A DNA stretch of 64,000 bases from Squalus acanthias (lineage: Eukaryota), in contig CM059438.1 of NCBI GenBank assembly GCA_030390025.1, forward strand, positions 65,908,001 to 65,972,000, given 5' to 3'. A program made the position numbers and the translations under genes. How positions within the stretch are numbered: position 1 is the first letter of the stretch; each line of letters opens with the position of its first letter. Shown in pieces: positions 1 through 12,030 of the stretch. The notes beneath the pieces were generated by a model. It ran no database searches. It saw only the letters and a program-made list of their open reading frames with translations, and was not told the origin of the DNA.

Positions 1-2
1 GT

Positions 3-482
3 GTTCCAGCACTCTTCCAGCCACCACGTCAAGCTAGTGTCTGGCTGGTTGGAGACAAGGGCTATCCACTCTCCACCTGGCTCATGACTCCCCTCCGCAA
101 CCCCAACACTCCTGCCCAGCACTCATATAATGAGAGCCATGCTGCCACCAGGAACATCATCGAGCAGACCATCGGGGTGCTCAAGCAATGGTTCCGCTGC
201 CTTGACCGCACGGGAGGAGCCCTCCAGTACTCGGCTGAGCAGGTGTCCCATTTCGTGGTGGTCTGCTGCATGCTCCACAACTTGACCATCATGAGGGCCC
301 AGCTCTTGTCACCAGGGATTGCGGGAACATCTCAGGAGGAGGAAGAGGGAGAGGAGGAGGAGGAGGAAGAGGAAGACGAGGAGGAGGAGGAGGAGGAACA
401 GGAGCAAGGGAGAAGGCAGCCACTCAATCAGCCTTCCGGAAGGGCCGTCCGTGACCACCTCATCAGACTGCGGTTCCAATAA
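3..482 (+). CDS. Harbinger (HARBI1-like, DDE_Tnp_4) transposase, C-terminal part, 5' truncated by window edge
   Basis: Open frame from base 3: [21 protein letters not shown]...[35 protein letters not shown]...CCMLHN, followed by a poly-Glu tail. These are hallmark HARBI1-family motifs. Confidence 0.9.
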   Translation, partial: VPALFQPPRQASVWLVGDKGYPLSTWLMTPLRNPNTPAQHSYNESHAATRNIIEQTIGVLKQWFRCLDRTGGALQYSAEQVSHFVVVCCMLHNLTIMRAQLLSPGIAGTSQEEEEGEEEEEEEEDEEEEEEEQEQGRRQPLNQPSGRAVRDHLIRLRFQ

Positions 483-697
483 ATTAAACCCCAGCTCCCC
501 ATTGCTCGCCACATCCCCATCATTCCATCCCTGTCACAGGCCATATCACAGCACAAAGCTGAAATGAGAGACACCAGAAAAGAATCCAATCTGAATTGAT
601 AAATGTATCAATAATCAGTGAACACATATTTACAACAACAATATTAACTATTCACTCTCATGCAATCCCTTAGTGCCTGTCGTTACACTGCCTTTGC

Positions 698-2630
698 CTA
701 CTTTAGTGCTCCTACGAAGTGTTGGCCCAGTGGCTGCAGCACGGCTGGTGGAAGGCTGCTGAGTGTCCGTGTGGGAGACTTCAGATGCCTTGCAGGATGC
801 CTTCGACCAGCTCTGGGCCTGGAAGTCCCGGGTGTAGACTGCACCACCTCAGCATGGGCAGCAGCAGTCTGGGCTGGTTGGATGACAGGCAGCGACAAGG
901 GCAATGGCAGAGTAGCAGTGGTGGGAGCAGGAATGCTGTCATCCTGAGAGAGGACAGCAGGTTCCTGCTCCACTGACCCACTGCCACTCCCCTGGGGCAG
1001 CACCTCAGCATCACTACCAATCTGTTGCAGCACAGATTGCTGGCCTGCTGCGACACCGTGAAAGCCCCAGTCGACAGTGGTAGACCCAGCCATGATGGCA
1101 GTCGTCAAAGCTTGCATTGCATCAAGCTGAGACTGCATGAGAGCAGTCTGAGATTGGATGCCACCAAGCATAGACTGCATTACAGCATGAAGACGTTGCG
1201 TCGCTTCCACCTGTGCTGCAATGGAAGCTGCCAGATCGCCCATCACACGCAGCATCAGGTCTGGGTCGCCACGGTCTCTCTGGGAGTCTACCATCCTTTG
1301 CAGACTGGAAATGATGGGCTCCATGGTGTGCGCCTTGTGCAGTCTTGGAGGCGGACTCTGCCACGCGCCTTGTCATTGCCGAGAGGCTCTTGGGCACCCT
1401 TGCCATTGCACCTATCATCTCCGTGTGCATGCCCATCACCTTTCTTCTAAACGCCTCCTCACCGAGGTCCTCATCTGAGTCCTGTGCAGCAGAACTCGCC
1501 CTCCAGGGATTTGGCCACCCGTTACCCCTGGCCTTGCTGCAGCCCACTCTTCCCCAGTGCCTCACTCTGTGCAGATCCCGCTACTATACTAGCCTCTAAA
1601 GACCTGCGTAGTGCCAGTATCTGAGCTGGTGCCTGCAGGTGAGACATACAGTGACGCGGTGTGTTCTTCCTCCTCCTCTTCTCCCGCCTCGCTCTCTATG
1701 GTGTCCTCAGGGACAGTCTGTTCAGATGCTTGCTCATTATCTGAAAGCATAAAGGCACAAGTGTCGGGTTAAGTTGAGGGGAGGGGGGCAGGAGGGAGAA
1801 ATGCATGCATACAGCACGATTAGCTGGAAAGTGCAAAAGGCTTGTGGGGTGAGGGGGAAGTGAGATGTGAGAAAAAGGAGTTGGGATGAACATACCGTTG
1901 TTGTCCCCAAGGGGGTCAATGTCTCTGGTGGCCATGGCGCCCACCACCTGGCGCCCAATGACTTGCAGCACTCTTTCCTCCAGCTCAGACAGTGATTGGG
2001 TGTCGGCTTGTCCCTGGCCTGTGCGCTCCTGCTCCCTCCTGTTGTGAGCCACCTTGTCCTGCAAGAGAAAGGAAAGTGTGTGAGTGAGTGGAGCAATGTG
2101 TTTGGGTGATGTGCCTGCCATAGTTGAATAGCTGTCATTATGTGTGAGGTGTGAGATGTGGGTGTGAGTGTTGGTAGGTAGAGATTGTTGGTGGGTAAGT
2201 GTTGGGGGTGTGGTGCTTTGGGCAGTGTGTGAAGACGATGGTTCAGATGGTGGTATGTAGCATTTGTTGAAGCATTGACTCACCCTGACCACCCGAGTGA
2301 GGTCGTTAAATTTCATCCTGCACTGTGTGTGGGTCTTGGGGACCACAATGCTTCCCGAGATGTGCTGGGCTACCTCCCTCCACATGGTTGGAAGACTTGT
2401 GGCGAGGGCCTCCTGCCACTTGCTGGGTACAGCACCGCCCTCCATCTCTCCACAGCGAACACCAATGACTCCAATGCTTGATCGCAGAATCTGCGGGCTC
2501 TCTCCCTGGGGAGCGGATCTGCCATCAGTGCAGCTGCTTGAGTCATCTGGCTCCTTCTACTTGACCTGCTGCTACTTGCTGAGGCAGCTGCACAGCCAGC
2601 AATGCTGAGAATGAGGTTCTGCAGCATCAA
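698..2630 (-). pseudogene. Harbinger ORF2: Myb/SANT-like DNA-binding protein (NAIF1/MSANTD-like), 3 exons, frameshifted
   Basis: Exon 1 (~2630-2284): RERARRFCDQALESLV.../MWREVAQHI...KTHTQCRMKFNDLTR. GT-AG introns at 2283-2059 and 1895-1741. Exon 2 (2058-1896): DKVAHNRREQERTGQG...LSELEERVL. Exon 3 is acidic then coiled-coil-like. Frameshifts near 2395 and within exon 3. Confidence 0.8.
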
Positions 2631-3288
2631 TGAACTCTCCCTTTAAGAACTGGAAAAGGCCTGTGGCAATGATGACTTGCGATTAGACTGCACCTGATAT
2701 TGGTCTACCCTTTGAGTGTAACGCCAATGAGCTTGGGCATTAAGGCTTGAATTAGCACCCCAATCATTTCTTTGTGCAGTGAGTCTTAATTTTGCTTGCA
2801 GTCTAAAGCATTGGTGCCTGGCGCTAATTCTCAAACTTTTCTAAAGATACCGCCCATTCCTGGGCTATAATGAATTTCTAGCCCCTAGAGTTTAGATTAT
2901 TTTAAATCTGGGATCAGGGTGCTGTCCCATGGGGAATTTTTTTTGTGAGCATAATTATACATTGTAGGATTTGTTCGATGACTTTGCAAATTGATATGAT
3001 TGTTTTATCTGTGATTGGGTTAATTTTGTGTGTTTTGGAGGCCTGGCTTGGTGTTCATGGTTCCAGTGATTAGTTCAACTCGCTCTTCACCTGTGAAGCC
3101 TGTTCTCAACTTCCCTGTATGCACCCTGCACTGTCAGTGTGTGTATCCTGCTGTCCACCACTCTGTCACTCCACTGATCTCTGTTGCTTGAGTATCTGTT
3201 CCTTTGTGTTGGCCACATTGTCCCCTTTGTCTCACTGCATGTTGTCAGTCTCTCCACCTATTTGGATAGCCAACTAGCTTACAGTGCG

Positions 3289-3522
3289 GAAACTAATACA
3301 GAAAATGCTAGAAAAACAGAGTAGGTCAGTCAGCAGCGGTGGAGAGAAGTGACGAGTTAACACTGCAGGTATTGCCCCTGCATCAGAACTGGCCCGATCA
3401 GACAACAGGTCTACACCTGCAATGTTAACTCGTCTCTTCTCTCCACAGATGCTGACTGACCTGCTCTGTGTTTCTAGCATTTTGTATTTTTGTTTCAGAT
3501 TTCCAGCATCTGCAATTTTTTG
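3289..3522. mobile_element. Short fold-back non-autonomous Penelope-like element (family B, diverged)
   Basis: Inverted arms 3289-3390 and 3399-3496 are homologous to the PLE terminal repeat at 25513-25644. Degenerate hammerhead motif in both arms. Confidence 0.75.
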
Positions 3523-3526
3523 TCAT

Positions 3527-3850
3527 ATTTTTATTCATTCTTGGAATATGGGTGTCATTAGCAAGGTTGGTATTTATTTCCCCATCCCTAGTTGCCCTTG
3601 AGAAGGTGGTGGTGAGCCTTCTTCTTGAACCGCTGCAGTCTGTGTGGCAATGGGACTCCCACAGTGCTGTTAGGTATAGAGAGTTGCAGGATTTTTGACC
3701 CAGCAACGATGAAGGAACAGCAATATATGTCCAAGTCGGAATTGTGTGTAACTTAAATGGAAACTTGCAAGTGATGGTGTTCCCATGCACCTGCGGCCCT
3801 TGTCCTTCGAGGTGGTGGATGCCGAGGGTTTGGGGGGTGTTCAACTTACA
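3527..3850 (-). mobile_element. 3' end of a CR1-group LINE
   Basis: Minus strand encodes a degenerate ORF2 C-terminus (SFIVAGSK...GLQRFKKKAHHHLLKGN). A second copy lies at ~10300-11190. Confidence 0.65.
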
Positions 3851-4584
3851 ATGCTGCATGCCACCTCTCCGTTGACCGTCTGCCTATGCTACTGGCCACC
3901 AGTCAGTGCCTGTATCCTATTGTTCATCCATGCCTTTGCTGTCTGCTTATTTTTCCCACTGCTTATCGGTCGAAGTGCTCTTGACCTGTCCAGCTGATTG
4001 CCCATTTATCTACATACACTGTTCCCAATACACTGTACCTTTAACTCTCCCCTTCTATGTACCTGCCTGAAGTATTATGGAGATATTATAAAAGCTTGTG
4101 GTCATTCACATTCATAATTTATGTTGTACATATGCTCGGAGAAGCATTTTAATGATACTGTGAGTAATCATTATTACCTATTATATATTACAAATACTAT
4201 CATTTTCATTTCAGATTGTGTTATTGATTTAACTTTCATTACAGTGTCTAAGAGGGCTCAATATAAGAAACCGATGGATTTTCATTTGAAGTGTCTAGTC
4301 ATGATGCTGCAGCCGCCACGAGTGTGGGGCAGGCTTGATGGACCAGCTGGTCTTTTTCCTGCCCGTCACTTTCATATGTTCATATCGCAAACATTTCTAC
4401 CATTTATAATTTTGCACACGGCAAAAAGTTATGGCAGGGTAATGGAAATTGCTGCACTTGCCTACATCGGGATACACTGCTCTGCACTTATGCACCCCCA
4501 TTTTTTAAAAAAAAGAGCCAATATCTTCAAATGCAAGCATCAGCGATCCCAGCTTAACATCGGGTCGCATCTGCCGGGAGCCCC

Positions 4585-4995
4585 TGTCATTGACACTGCT
4601 GGAATGCTCAGGTCAGAGGGAAATAAAACTGGCGGGAACCCGCAACTCGAGTGCCCGCCACAGCTGCTGGAGTGAGGAGTGCGTGAGGGGGGTGGTGGAG
4701 GGGCAAGTATTGGGATAAGCAATGGATACCAGCAGCCCCAGCCCCGACAGGGGATCAGAAGGGGCCTGACATGAATCTTGTCATTCATGTGGAAATGACT
4801 TATGAAATAATACAGGGCGGCCTGCTGGTGGCGCTGTCCAGGGAGAGTATAAATACTCGGGCATGGGCCCAGCTTGCTCAGGACATTCTTTAACAGGAAC
4901 CAGGGAAGGACACAACTAGACCTCCATGTTGAAAAACAGTTGATTAAAGCTTTGTTTACCGCTTAGACCAAGTGCCTCGTAGTTTTCTCACGTCA
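4585..4995 (+). mobile_element. Possible solo LTR-like sequence
   Basis: TG...CA-like ends, TATAAATA at 4848 and ATTAAA at ~4943, in LTR order. No TSD found. Confidence 0.3.
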
Positions 4996-5159
4996 GGGCC
5001 TATCGGCCTCCTTGTAAAAAGAGGCTGATGTAGTTGGAGTGCCAGTTTCTGTCATGTGGGGGTCCGGGTCTGAGCTCCGAGGTGGGTCCCATTTCTGCTG
5101 GCTGGGAGTTGCTGAGCTCGTTTAAGATGTTAAACTGATGAGCTGTTTGTTTAGATAGA

Positions 5160-5420
5160 TATTAAAGATTCCATGACGCCTCTCCATGAGACTTCTCCTG
5201 GCGTCCTGGCCAACATTTATCCCTCAAACAACACCTGAAAGAAACAGATGATCTGTTCATTAATTTCATTGCTGTTTGTGGGATCTTGCTGTGTGCAAAT
5301 TGGCTGCCACATTTCCTACAGTACAACATTTCAAAAAGCACTTCATTGGCTGTGAAGTGATTTTGGGACATCCTGAGGTTGTGAAAGGTGCCAGAAATGC
5401 AAATTCTTCTTTAATTTTCA
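5160..5420 (+). mobile_element. Deu-type SINE fragment (core + tail)
   Basis: Matches the core and 3' tail of the fuller copies at 8369 and 10627. Confidence 0.75.
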
Positions 5421-6859
5421 CTATGCAAGGAAGAGTTCTCTCAGTGCCCTGGCCAACATTGTTATCTCAACCGACACCTGCAGAACAGCAGTGTAACTGT
5501 CCTTTCGTCTCATGGCTGTTTGTGGTATATTATTGGTGCGGAATGGCAGCTGCATTTGCCGACACAGCGACAGCCTGTCCAAAGAAAAGTAATTGATCGT
5601 GTGAAGCACTTGGATATGTTGCAATGATCCGATAAGTAAGTCTTTCTTTTCACACGTGTGGCCTGCACAGAAAATCTACCACATTTCTGGCCCATCGTGA
5701 CACAGCTGGAATCGAGCTGTGTGCTGTTTGTGAATTCCAGTTGCAGGGGAGCAGACGATGATATGATCTGACTCATTTAATAACCCTCAAGTGAAGAAAA
5801 ATAGAAATTCCCCCAATTTAGTCCGTGATTGACGTTTATAACAATTTAATTTGGGTATGGACCCAATGTTAATTAGCAGTCCCGACAGGCATCCAAAGTC
5901 GAGAGGAACTCCATTCGATGTAAACAACCGTTTTGTGATTAATCTAAAGAAGCACTGTGCTGACATGGAGATTTTGGTAATTCGTTAAATTTAGGGGGGA
6001 GGGGGGGGGCGCGGATGGGGAGGGGGAAAAAGAAAGCAACTGAGATATGCAACTGATGCCTCTGCCCTCAGGTTGTGCAATGCAGTTGAATCGTGTGGTA
6101 CCTTTGGGATTCATGTGCACTTAGCTCCTGTTCTTGGCTACATCACTGAGGGCCACATGGAGAGATGCTGTTCTCCTTTGGAGATGGCAGGAACAATAGG
6201 ATGAGTCACTCCGGAATGTAGTTCCGCATATTTTAGTATCCCCAGTGGCATTGCAGAGGCCTGGAGTTAGGGCTCGTACCTTTCCTACATTACAACAGTG
6301 ACTACACTTGAAAAAAGTACTTCATTGGCTATAAAGCATTTTGGGTCGTCCTAAGGCTATAAACGCAAGCCTTTCTTTCTTTGGGCAGGTATAGGGATAG
6401 TGTGTGCCACGGAAACCTGATTGTGGGATAGGATATAAGAAGACATTTTTTTATATATTGAAAGACGAAGGTGAAGGGCCAAGGCTCATTGTACAGGACA
6501 ACACCAAGGTTGCAAAACAGTAGAAGAGACGGTAAGGAAAATGCAGAAGTAGTGATCAGATGATAGAAAACATGCATTTTAAGGGGGGAAGAGATGACTA
6601 AGGGAAGGAAGGAGTTCCATAGTTTTGTGGTCTTGGATGTGTTTGGTGACAGTGGGCTTGTAGTAAGGAGGGGAAGTGTGTGGCACTAGGTTCGTCTAAG
6701 CTTCAGATACAAGAGAGGCAAGTTCAAAGGAGCACTGACCACAGTGGAATGGATAAAAAGGGGGTAAGTGGAGACCGGTTGTGACAGGGAGAAAGATTAG
6801 AGATGAGAAAGCTATCAGATGATAAAACTGGGGAGGGAAAAACTGCATTTGTGTGGAAT

Positions 6860-7400
6860 ATTAGAGACAGGAGTAGGCCATTCAGCTGCTCGAGCCTGCT
6901 CCACCATTCAATTAGAACATGCACCTCGACTCCATTTACCTGCCTTTGCTCCATATCCCTTGATACAAAAATCTATTGATTTCTATCTTGAAAGCTCCAA
7001 TTGTCCCAGCATCCACAACCTTTTGAGGCAGAGAATTCCAGATTTCTACTACCCTTTGTGTGAAGAAGTGCTTGCTGATTTCATCCTGAATGGTCTAGCT
7101 CTAAGTTTAAGATCATGTTCCCTTATTCTTGACTCCCCAACCAGAGGAAATACTTTCTCTGTATCTATCCTATCGAATCCTTTTAACATTTTAAACACTT
7201 CGACCAGAACACCCCAAAGTCTCCGATACTCATTGCAATACAAGCCAAGTTGATGCAATCTGTCCTCAATTTAATCTTCTAAGCCCTTCTTCCATTCTGG
7301 CGAATCTATGCTGCATCGCCTCCAAAGCCAATATATCCCTTCTTTGGTGCGGTGCCAAAAAATGAATGCAGTGCTCCAGATGGGGTCTGACCAAGGCATT
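6860..7400 (-). mobile_element. CR1 LINE 3' fragment
   Basis: ORF 7049-7258 reads VEVFKMLKGFDRIDTEKVFPLVGESRIREHDLKLR, a typical CR1 ORF2 C-terminus, followed by the CR1 3' UTR. Confidence 0.85.
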
Positions 7401-8368
7401 CATTCACAACAGTTCATTCACAATATATACTATGGTAAGATTATTAATTGAAAATCACACAAATAAATCTTGTAGTTCAGTGAAGTATGTGCCAGGGAAG
7501 TTGGATATCACTACATTCAAATGACAAAAAAAAAAGCGAATCTTGTCGCGATCAAGCTAGTTGGTGCCGCTTGAAAAAATGGTGCTGATGCTTATTCATC
7601 AAATTGGAAAATAGAGCAGCAATTTTGCATTCTGACACATAATCATTCACTGTTAGCATCAAGAACAGCCATTAATGGACAGATGTTCTATGGAGTGATA
7701 TTTAGGCCAAGTGATTTGTTGTCAGACTGATCCACCCAGAAACTGGTCTGTTCACTGCCTCCGGGACTTGCAATGCAAAGTTGGAGAATTCAGACCTTAA
7801 CCCGCACTTTGGTGTGCAGAACCTTGCGTGATTCGTCGTGGGATGTCGAGCTGCACCGAATCACCTTACCGTGTGATTTTCGATAGGAGTGGGCGTTTGA
7901 TCTCCTCCCATTGATTAGTGCTCAAAAGTTCTCGAATGCAAACAGAGGGTCTGCCTCATTGCAGTGTCCCAACCTCTGCCCTTCTACCCAGGACGAGCTG
8001 GTCGCCTCTCGGCACAAACTCAATGCATGATTAAGTCTAATTATCACTAAATTAGTGATATCTGGGTTTCCTAGCAACAGCATGTTGTGCACTAAAAGCC
8101 TTCTAAGCATGGCCTAATTTAATAATACTTTGAGGCGTTGTGAATAAAACGCTCAATGTGTTCACCACAGGAATCACAGGATAACCTTTCTAATGTGATA
8201 TTCGTGTTGGGCAAAATGCGAGATTTCATCAAAAATAATCAGGTAATTTAGCTCCCTCAATAGTCAGCGGCAAAGAGGCATATTGGGATTCTAGGAAGCT
8301 TGATTTATTGTGCCGTGGACCATCCTGATTTGAAGGTGTTACACTTGCTATAGAAATCTGGCCTAAGT

Positions 8369-8815
8369 GTCCGCCATGACTCGGTTGGTAGCACTCTTGC
8401 TTCTGAGTCAAAAGGTCATGGGTTCTAGTCCGCCTCCAGAGACTTGAGTACATTACCTAGGCTGACACTCAGTGCAGTACTGAGGGAGCGCTGCACTGTT
8501 GGAGGTGCCGTGCCGCCTTTCAGATGCAACGCTAAATCGAGGCCTTGCCTTGCCCCTCAGGTGGAAATAAAAGATTCCACGGCACCATTCAAAGAAGAGC
8601 AGGGGAGTTTTCCTGGTCTCCTGGCCAACATTCATCTTTCAACCATCACCTAAAAAAGATAATCTGGTCATTTATTTAATTGCTGTTTGTGGGAGCTTGC
8701 TGTGCCCAAATTGGCTGCTGCATTTCCTACATTACAACGGTGACTATTTTTCAGAAGTACTTCAAAGCGCTCGTTAAAGGCACTATATAAGTGCAAGTTC
8801 TTTCTTTCTTTTCTT
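8369..8815 (+). mobile_element. tRNA-derived Deu-type SINE (SacSINE1-like), near full length
   Basis: Pol III A box TGACTCGGTTGG and B box GGTTCTAGTCC, central core (GATTCCACGGCACCATTCAAAGAAGAGCAGGGGAG...), and an L2-like tail ending TATATAAGTGCAAG(TTTC)n. Confidence 0.8.
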
Positions 8816-9524
8816 CCTAGCTAATAGGCTTGTCACTTTACACCAGGCCCATAAGGGACAGAATAAGGGTGAGGCACGGGGTGGGGTGGGGGTGGATTAT
8901 GCGGCTGAGTTCCGCACCTGAAATTTCTGCGAGGGTTGTTCTGATCTCCTGATCGAACTTCAGTAGAAGATGGCTGGAGACCCCCGAGAAACTGCATAAA
9001 GGGCGCTTTCTTCTTCTCCAAGTTTTCCGCCCGTCTTCCACCAAAGTTACGGCATGGAGTCAGGGAATCCCTGCGGAACTCCGACTTCCTAATGTTCCAT
9101 TTGCTGCTGAGGAAAATTCATTCAAAATCTTCAGAGCTGACACCACAGGATAGAGCAATAAGTGGAGAAAAGAACAAGCTACCGTTTTTTTTAAAGAAAA
9201 AAGCAGACTTCTAGTTTAAATTTTAGAAATTTCCATACAGCCTATTGAAAAATGGAAGTATCTGGTGCAAAGCAGACAGCTGGCAGTCTGATAAGCTGAA
9301 ACATTTGTAACTGAAGGAATTACTGGAAGGCTTAACCTTCGCATTTTCAAACGACTTGATGAATCAGCATCTTTAGTCACGACGTAGCTTACTTGAGGTG
9401 CCACAAAAAAATTGGTGAGAAAATCGAACTGCTTGCAACCCGTCTCCAAAATGGCAGTTCTATCAATAATCAAAAAAGAAGTTGCTGTTTATGTAATTAC
9501 CTAAAGAATAAACCACTTTAATCA

Positions 9525-10062
9525 CTCAGCTGGAGTATTGTGGCCAGTTCTAGATACCACACTTCAGGAAAGCCATCAAGGCCTTGGAAAGGGTGCAGAG
9601 GAGATTTACTGGAATGGTACCAGGGATGAGGAACTTCAGTTATATGGAGAGACTAGAGAAGCTGGGATCATTCGCCTTAGAGCAGAGAAGGTTAAGGGGA
9701 GATTCAGTAAAGGTATTCAAAATCATGAGAGGTTTTGATAAGAGTTAATAGAGAGAAACTGTTTCCACTGGCAGGACGGTCAGTAACCGGAGGACACAGA
9801 TTCAAGTTAATTGGCCAAAATGGGAGATGAGCAGAATTTTTTTTACACAGCAAGTTGTTATGATCTAGAATGCCTCAAAGGGAGGTGGAAACAGATTCAA
9901 TAATAACTTTCAAAAAGGAATGGGATATATACTTGAAAAGGAAATAACTGTGGGGCTATGGGAAAAGAGCAGGGGCAGTGAGACTAATTGAATAGCTCTT
10001 TCAAAGAGCCAGCTCACGCACGAAGGGCCGAATGGCCGCCTTCTGTGCTGTATGATTCTGTG
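9525..10062 (+). mobile_element. CR1 LINE 3' fragment
   Basis: Degenerate LEYC...KALERVQRRFT...ERLEKLG ORF2 end, and the CR1 3' UTR GGGCCGAATGGCCGCCTTCTGTGCTG. Confidence 0.85.
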
Positions 10063-10119
10063 AAATAAAGAACTTGTATAACACTTTCTTACTTCCTCAG
10101 ATGAATACCTGAGCAGTCA

Positions 10120-10280
10120 GACAGGGCCACAATTTAACCATTTACCTGAAAGACGGCACCTCTGACAATGCAGCAATCCCTCAAGATTGCTCTGGAGTGT
10201 CTACCTATATTATAGTTCTAGAGTGAACTTGAACCCACAATCTTCTTCCTCAGAGGTGAGAGTGCTACCAACTGAACTAA
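10120..10280 (-). mobile_element. Deu-type SINE 5' fragment
   Basis: Reverse complement of the tRNA-like head (GGTAGCACTCTCACCTCTGAG...GGGTTCAAGT). Confidence 0.65.
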
Positions 10281-10299
10281 GACGGGATGTTCTCAAAAT

Positions 10300-11190
10300 G
10301 TGGTTAACACTGGCAAGGTCACATTCATTGTCCATTCCCACTTGTGCTGAGCAGGTGATGGTGGGCCTTCTTCTTGAACCACAGCAGTGCCTATGTTGAT
10401 GATGCTCCCACGATAGTATTATCTGGAGAATTCTAGGACAATGACCCAGCCACGATGAAGGAACAGTAATATATGCTATGTCAGGATGATGTGCAACTTG
10501 GTGGGGAACTTGGAGGTGAAGGCGTTCTTAGGACATTCCTGCTCTTCTCTGCGGTAGAGATCACAGGGGAGTGAGGTGCTGTTGGCGTAACCTTGATGAG
10601 CTGCTGCAGTGCTTCCTATAGATAGTGTCAGCCTTGGTTCAGTGGTAGCACTCTCACCTCTGAGTCAGAAGGTTGTTGGTTCAAGTGCCACTCCAGAGAC
10701 TTGAGCACGTAATCTAGGCTGGCACTTCAGTGTGCAGTCCTGTGGGAGTACCGCATTGTCAGAGGTGCAGTCTTTCAGATCAGACATTAAACCAAGGCTC
10801 TGTGTGCCCTCTCAGGTGGACATAAACGATCCCATAGCACTATTTGAAGAAGACGAAATAGAGGATAGCCCCCTGCAGCTCCCCCACCCCCTCGGTGTCT
10901 TGGCCAACATTTAGCACTCAACCTACACCTTCAAAATCTGATTTGGTCATTTATTTTATTGTTGTTTGTGGGACCTTGCTGTGTGCAAATTGACTTTCCA
11001 CATTTCCTACATGACAACAGTGACCACACTTCAAAAGTACTTAATTGGCTGTAAAGCGCTTTGGGATGTCCTGAGGTCATCAGAGGCAGTATATGAATGT
11101 TTCTTTTTCTCTTTCTTTTTACATACTGCCATTACAGTGTGCCAGTGATGGAGGGGGTGAATATTGAATCCAATTGCAGAGGGATTTCAA
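10300..11190 (-). mobile_element. CR1-group LINE 3' fragment interrupted by a SINE
   Basis: Homologous to 3527-3850. LINE-like sequence resumes at ~11121 after the SINE. Confidence 0.6.
10627..11120 (+). mobile_element. Deu-type SINE, full length, inserted in a LINE
   Basis: A box TGGTTCAGTGG, B box GGTTCAAGTGCC, Deu core, tail ending in T/TTTC runs. Confidence 0.8.
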
Positions 11191-11659
11191 TGACAGTGCA
11201 CCATTCCTGTTAAATTGTGAGAACGCTCTATATGCATAGCATTTATGCAGCAAGAGTATTACATACATCCAGTGAGACTACTCCCTCCAGCAGACTATGC
11301 ATAATTTGCATCCTTAAATAGGTAAGCCATCAAATGGCCAGCAATCTGCAGCATTGAGGGGAAAACAGGAAGATCTGAGAATGAGTCAAATCGCTTCACC
11401 TTTGTGCATCTCAGCCAGTGTTCTGGGATAAGGTCCTCTGCCTGTCTGTTGCTTCGGAAATGGTGGTATGTTGCTGGCAGATTCCAGAACCTTAGATAAA
11501 GGCAGGGGGGGGGAAACATTTAAATCGAAGCAACCATGAAAATTCCAAGTGCTGCTTCACCCAACCTGGGGCAAAATGAAGGGAAATTCTCCACAGAGAT
11601 GAAACTTGCAGACAAATCCATCTAGTGACGAAAGCACTGTTAGAAATTTGGTATAGCAC

Positions 11660-12030
11660 ATATTCTGGGCTGACACTCCAAGGCACCGAGGGAATGTTGA
11701 AGCTGCCGGTTTTTGGATAAGAGCTTAAACCAAGATCCAATTGCCCTGTCGGTTGGAAAGTAAAAAACCCTTTGGCACTATTCGAAGAGCGGGAAGTTTT
11801 CCCAGTGTCCTGGCCAATATTCTTCCCACAACCAATGCCACCTAGCGCAGATTAAATGGCCATTTATTCATTTGCAGTTTGTGGGATTTTGCTGTCCATA
11901 AATGAGATGGGGCATTTCCCTATACAACACCAGAGACTGCACTTCAGAAAAAAATAATAATTGGTCATAAAGTACCTTGGGACGTCCTGAGGATGTGATA
12001 AAATGCTTTTTAACTGCTTGTTCATTCTTT
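11660..12030 (+). mobile_element. Deu-type SINE, diverged
   Basis: Core GGCACTATTCGAAGAG...GTGTCCTGGCCAATATT plus tail. Confidence 0.7.

Larger units (their letters stand above)
1..2885. mobile_element. PIF/Harbinger DNA transposon, right part (left end outside window)
   Basis: Convergent DDE transposase (+) and Myb/SANT gene (-), the typical Harbinger pair. Putative terminus GAATTTCTAGCCCC at ~2872-2885 resembles the GGG..AATT termini of other Harbinger-type elements here. Confidence 0.85.

Noticed and set aside
3..482. Host HARBI1 gene
   Set aside because: The adjacent frameshifted Myb/SANT ORF and a TIR-like end indicate a transposon copy, so no gene symbol was assigned.
4121..4675. 184-aa ORF
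   Set aside because: It runs through AT-rich sequence and a CR1-like 3' UTR, with no protein-family motifs.
8369..8440. tRNA-like A/B boxes (also at 10627 and 44200)
   Set aside because: These are SINE heads continuous with the Deu core, not tRNA genes.
11400..11490. Possible 91-bp minus-strand exon (..tttatctaag|GTTCTGG...CACAAAG|gtgaag)
   Set aside because: Weak acceptor and donor, no recognisable peptide in either open frame, and no partner exons found.
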